A stretch of DNA of 47,452 bases from assembly GCA_964586605.1 (NCBI GenBank), contig CAZPGX010000003.1, positions 1 to 47,452 of the forward strand. Direction: 5' to 3'. Position numbers and translations under genes: made by a program. Numbering within the stretch: the first letter of the stretch is position 1; each line of letters opens with the position of its first letter. This DNA is from an uncultured Planctomycetia bacterium (GTDB lineage Bacteria > Omnitrophota > Gorgyraeia > JAFGHF01). The notes under the pieces are model-generated. The model did not search any database, had not been told where the DNA came from, and saw only the letters and a list, made by a program, of their open reading frames with translations. Below, piece by piece: positions 46,323 through 47,452 of this stretch.

Positions 46323-46726
46323 AACAATATCTCAATGGCCTTGTAAGGGCAGACAGGCAGGCAAAGCCCGCACATAATACACTTTTTATTGTCAAAAGAG
46401 ACAGTCATTGTCTTGCGGTCTAAAGACAAGGCGCCGGTAGGACAAATAGATATGCAGGCGGTGCAATGGTCGCACCTTTCCTTATGCCACTTTACGTCCT
46501 GGGCTAACGGCTGAATCTTAACCCCAAGGCCGGAAAGGTATTTTATCCCTTTATCTATTGCCGACCTCTCGCCGCTTATCTCCATAACCAGTCTTCCCTC
46601 TTCATCCGCGGTAATATTGGCCCTTAAGATATTCACCATTAAGTCGTAATCCTTAATCAGATGATAGGTAATCGGCTGTTCCACCATTTCCTGAGGGAAG
46701 GTCAGGACTAATCTTTTCTTGGTCAT
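46319..46726 (-). CDS. NIL domain + 2x[4Fe-4S] ferredoxin protein
   Basis: 135 aa. The N-terminal NIL-like domain is PITYHLIKDYDLMVNILRANI. Two CxxCxxCxxxCP motifs are present (CDHCTACISICP, CIMCGLCLPVCP). Confidence 0.8.
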   Translation of the reverse strand: MTKKRLVLTFPQEMVEQPITYHLIKDYDLMVNILRANITADEEGRLVMEISGERSAIDKGIKYLSGLGVKIQPLAQDVKWHKERCDHCTACISICPTGALSLDRKTMTVSFDNKKCIMCGLCLPVCPYKAIEILF

Positions 46727-46745
46727 CGTTTGTATCCTCCCCAGG

Positions 46746-46774
46746 ATTATAGCAAACCTTTCCTAGATTTGCAA
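46746..46774 (-). promoter_or_regulatory. Sigma70-like promoter of the NIL-ferredoxin/COG2122/cysE unit
   Basis: The minus strand reads TTGCAA-17 bp-TATAAT, followed by a GGAGG RBS. Confidence 0.6.
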
Positions 46775-46790
46775 ACAAAATTTTGCAAAT

Positions 46791-46871
46791 AAAAAAGGCG
46801 CATGAGGCCTGAGTTTGCAAGGAGGGGGAACCTCTAGGGATACAAACTCAACCTGCTATTGCGCCTTTTTT
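46791..46871 (-). terminator. Compound long hairpin flanked by A6 and T6 (bidirectional-terminator-like)
   Basis: AAAAAAGGCGCA (46791-46802) pairs with TGCGCCTTTTTT (46860-46871). The inner 8-bp stem is TGAGTTTG/CAAACTCA. It begins 2 nt after the stop of the 46873 gene. Confidence 0.5.
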
Positions 46872-46872
46872 A

Positions 46873-47262
46873 CTATTGGTTTTCTTCCTCTTTAAGGGCT
46901 TCGCCCTTGCGGTCTATCTTAAAAAGCTGAGTAAAGTCAATGTTAAATATGTCCTGCTCGCGCAGGATATAGAGATTGCCGATTATCTTGACCTCGAATT
47001 TTTCCTCTCCGGTCTTGCTATCATGGCTTTTTAAAACCGAAAGGTCCTTTAAGCGCGGGCTGGAGTTGGTATATCTTTTCAGCCAGGCCTCTAATTCCTG
47101 GGCACTTTTTAAGACAGTGTGGTCGCGAACAGAATAGACAAAATGCTTTTGGGTTTTTGTTGTAACCCCATTTTTTATGGAGGCTTCAGATAAAAGAATA
47201 TCCCTTCTATAGCGATCCAGGGAAGTTAAGTTTTTAAACAAGATATCGCGCATTTTATCCAT
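46873..47262 (-). CDS. Hypothetical protein (about 126-129 aa; start at MDKM or MRDIL)
   Basis: The ORF has a GGAG upstream. I recognise no family. It is charged with no TM or signal peptide. Confidence 0.55.
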   Translation of the reverse strand: MDKMRDILFKNLTSLDRYRRDILLSEASIKNGVTTKTQKHFVYSVRDHTVLKSAQELEAWLKRYTNSSPRLKDLSVLKSHDSKTGEEKFEVKIIGNLYILREQDIFNIDFTQLFKIDRKGEALKEEENQ

Positions 47263-47287
47263 AACTCCAATTTCTATAAGTAGTTGC

Positions 47288-47330
47288 AAAACAAGCCGGG
47301 TTGTCTAATTTACCTTTAGCAACCCGGCTT
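47288..47330 (-). terminator. Intrinsic terminator in the 5' leader of the hypothetical gene
   Basis: The minus strand reads AAGCCGGGTTG-(16 nt)-CAACCCGGCTT-GTTTTG, an 11-bp perfect stem. It sits about 25 nt upstream of the start codon. Confidence 0.65.
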
Positions 47331-47403
47331 CCCGAATAAGGCCCGTGGCTTTACAGCCTTGCGTCATCTCCTCTTATTATCTTAGGAATTTGCCTTTTCG
47401 GGT
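47322..47403 (-). promoter_or_regulatory. Candidate riboswitch aptamer, GEMM-I (c-di-GMP-I)-like sequence blocks
   Basis: The minus strand reads ACCCG-AAAAGGCAAA-[UUCCU..AGGAG hairpin]-AUGACGCAAGGC-[GGCU-GUAA-AGCC ...]-GAAGC-CGGGU. The closing helix ACCCG/CGGGU shares its 3' strand with the left arm of the terminator. Confidence 0.4.
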
Positions 47404-47452
47404 AAATTAAGACTTTTTAAAAGTATTTAGTTATTACCCAAAAAATATATTG

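Noticed and set aside
46873-47262. PilZ-domain c-di-GMP receptor assignment for the orphan protein (RYRRD and SIKNG segments)
   Set aside because: The RxxxR-like and (D/N)xSxxG-like segments do not match the motifs exactly. They are only about 10 residues apart instead of 20-30. The resemblance is superficial.
47305-47367. 20-codon leader peptide ORF (MTQGCKATGLIREAGLLKVN) running into the terminator, as a ribosome-mediated attenuator
   Set aside because: The only Shine-Dalgarno-like sequence (GAGGAG) abuts the ATG with no spacing. There is also no run of regulatory codons. An RNA-only (riboswitch-type) mechanism fits better.
1-47452. CRISPR arrays, rRNA genes, IS elements and toxin-antitoxin pairs
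   Set aside because: I saw no regularly spaced direct repeats of 24 nt or more, no rRNA-like sequence, no transposase-like ORF and no small two-gene TA-like cassette on reading the window.

Overview
This 47.5-kb chromosomal segment most likely comes from a diderm, probably anaerobic, uncultivated-type bacterium. An Omnitrophota/PVC-like origin is only a low-confidence guess from gene content. All 49 coding regions I can support, plus one tRNA-Ala(CGC), lie on the minus strand. They are tightly packed, often with 1-, 4-, 8- or 11-nt start/stop overlaps.

In minus-strand transcription order (high to low coordinates) the window contains:
- A structured leader with an intrinsic terminator, followed by an orphan protein of about 130 aa.
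- NIL-ferredoxin, UPF0280/COG2122 and CysE.
- TetR, TolC, a membrane fusion protein (MFP) and an RND efflux pump, then PssA, a small DMT protein and a patatin.
- NrdJ, Dcd and ApgM.
- CstA, LysC, CimA, ValS, NadC, BirA, RsmA and a GH5 glycosidase.
- GatCAB, Ctp, a YibQ-like protein and TsaD.
- An unusual block: bactofilin-HTH fusion, tail-anchored HTH protein, ExbB, ExbD, TonB-like protein, Zn-ribbon membrane protein, DUF2582-like wHTH, an 87-aa protein and an acyl-CoA ligase.
- A monocistronic PilX/GspK-like pseudopilin.
- A complete type IV pilus / T2SS-like operon: HTH, PilM-PilN fusion, PilO, PilP-like, secretin, ATPase, platform protein and four prepilins.
- tRNA-Ala.

Seven sigma70-like promoters with exact 17-bp spacers divide the array into transcription units.

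The most interesting items are:
1. The bactofilin-HTH and membrane-HTH pair, coupled to an orphan ExbBD-TonB motor and three small uncharacterised proteins. This is a candidate undescribed envelope/nucleoid module.
2. A GEMM-I-like (c-di-GMP) riboswitch candidate at the right edge. It complements an exact tandem MshEN c-di-GMP-binding motif in the pilus ATPase.
3. A phased array of GCCCAAT(ATATA) boxes and a structured leader upstream of nrdJ.
4. A methanogen-type sulfur-trafficking gene pair linked to cysE.

No CRISPR array, transposase, integrase or rRNA was seen. All calls rest on reading motifs by eye; no database search was run.
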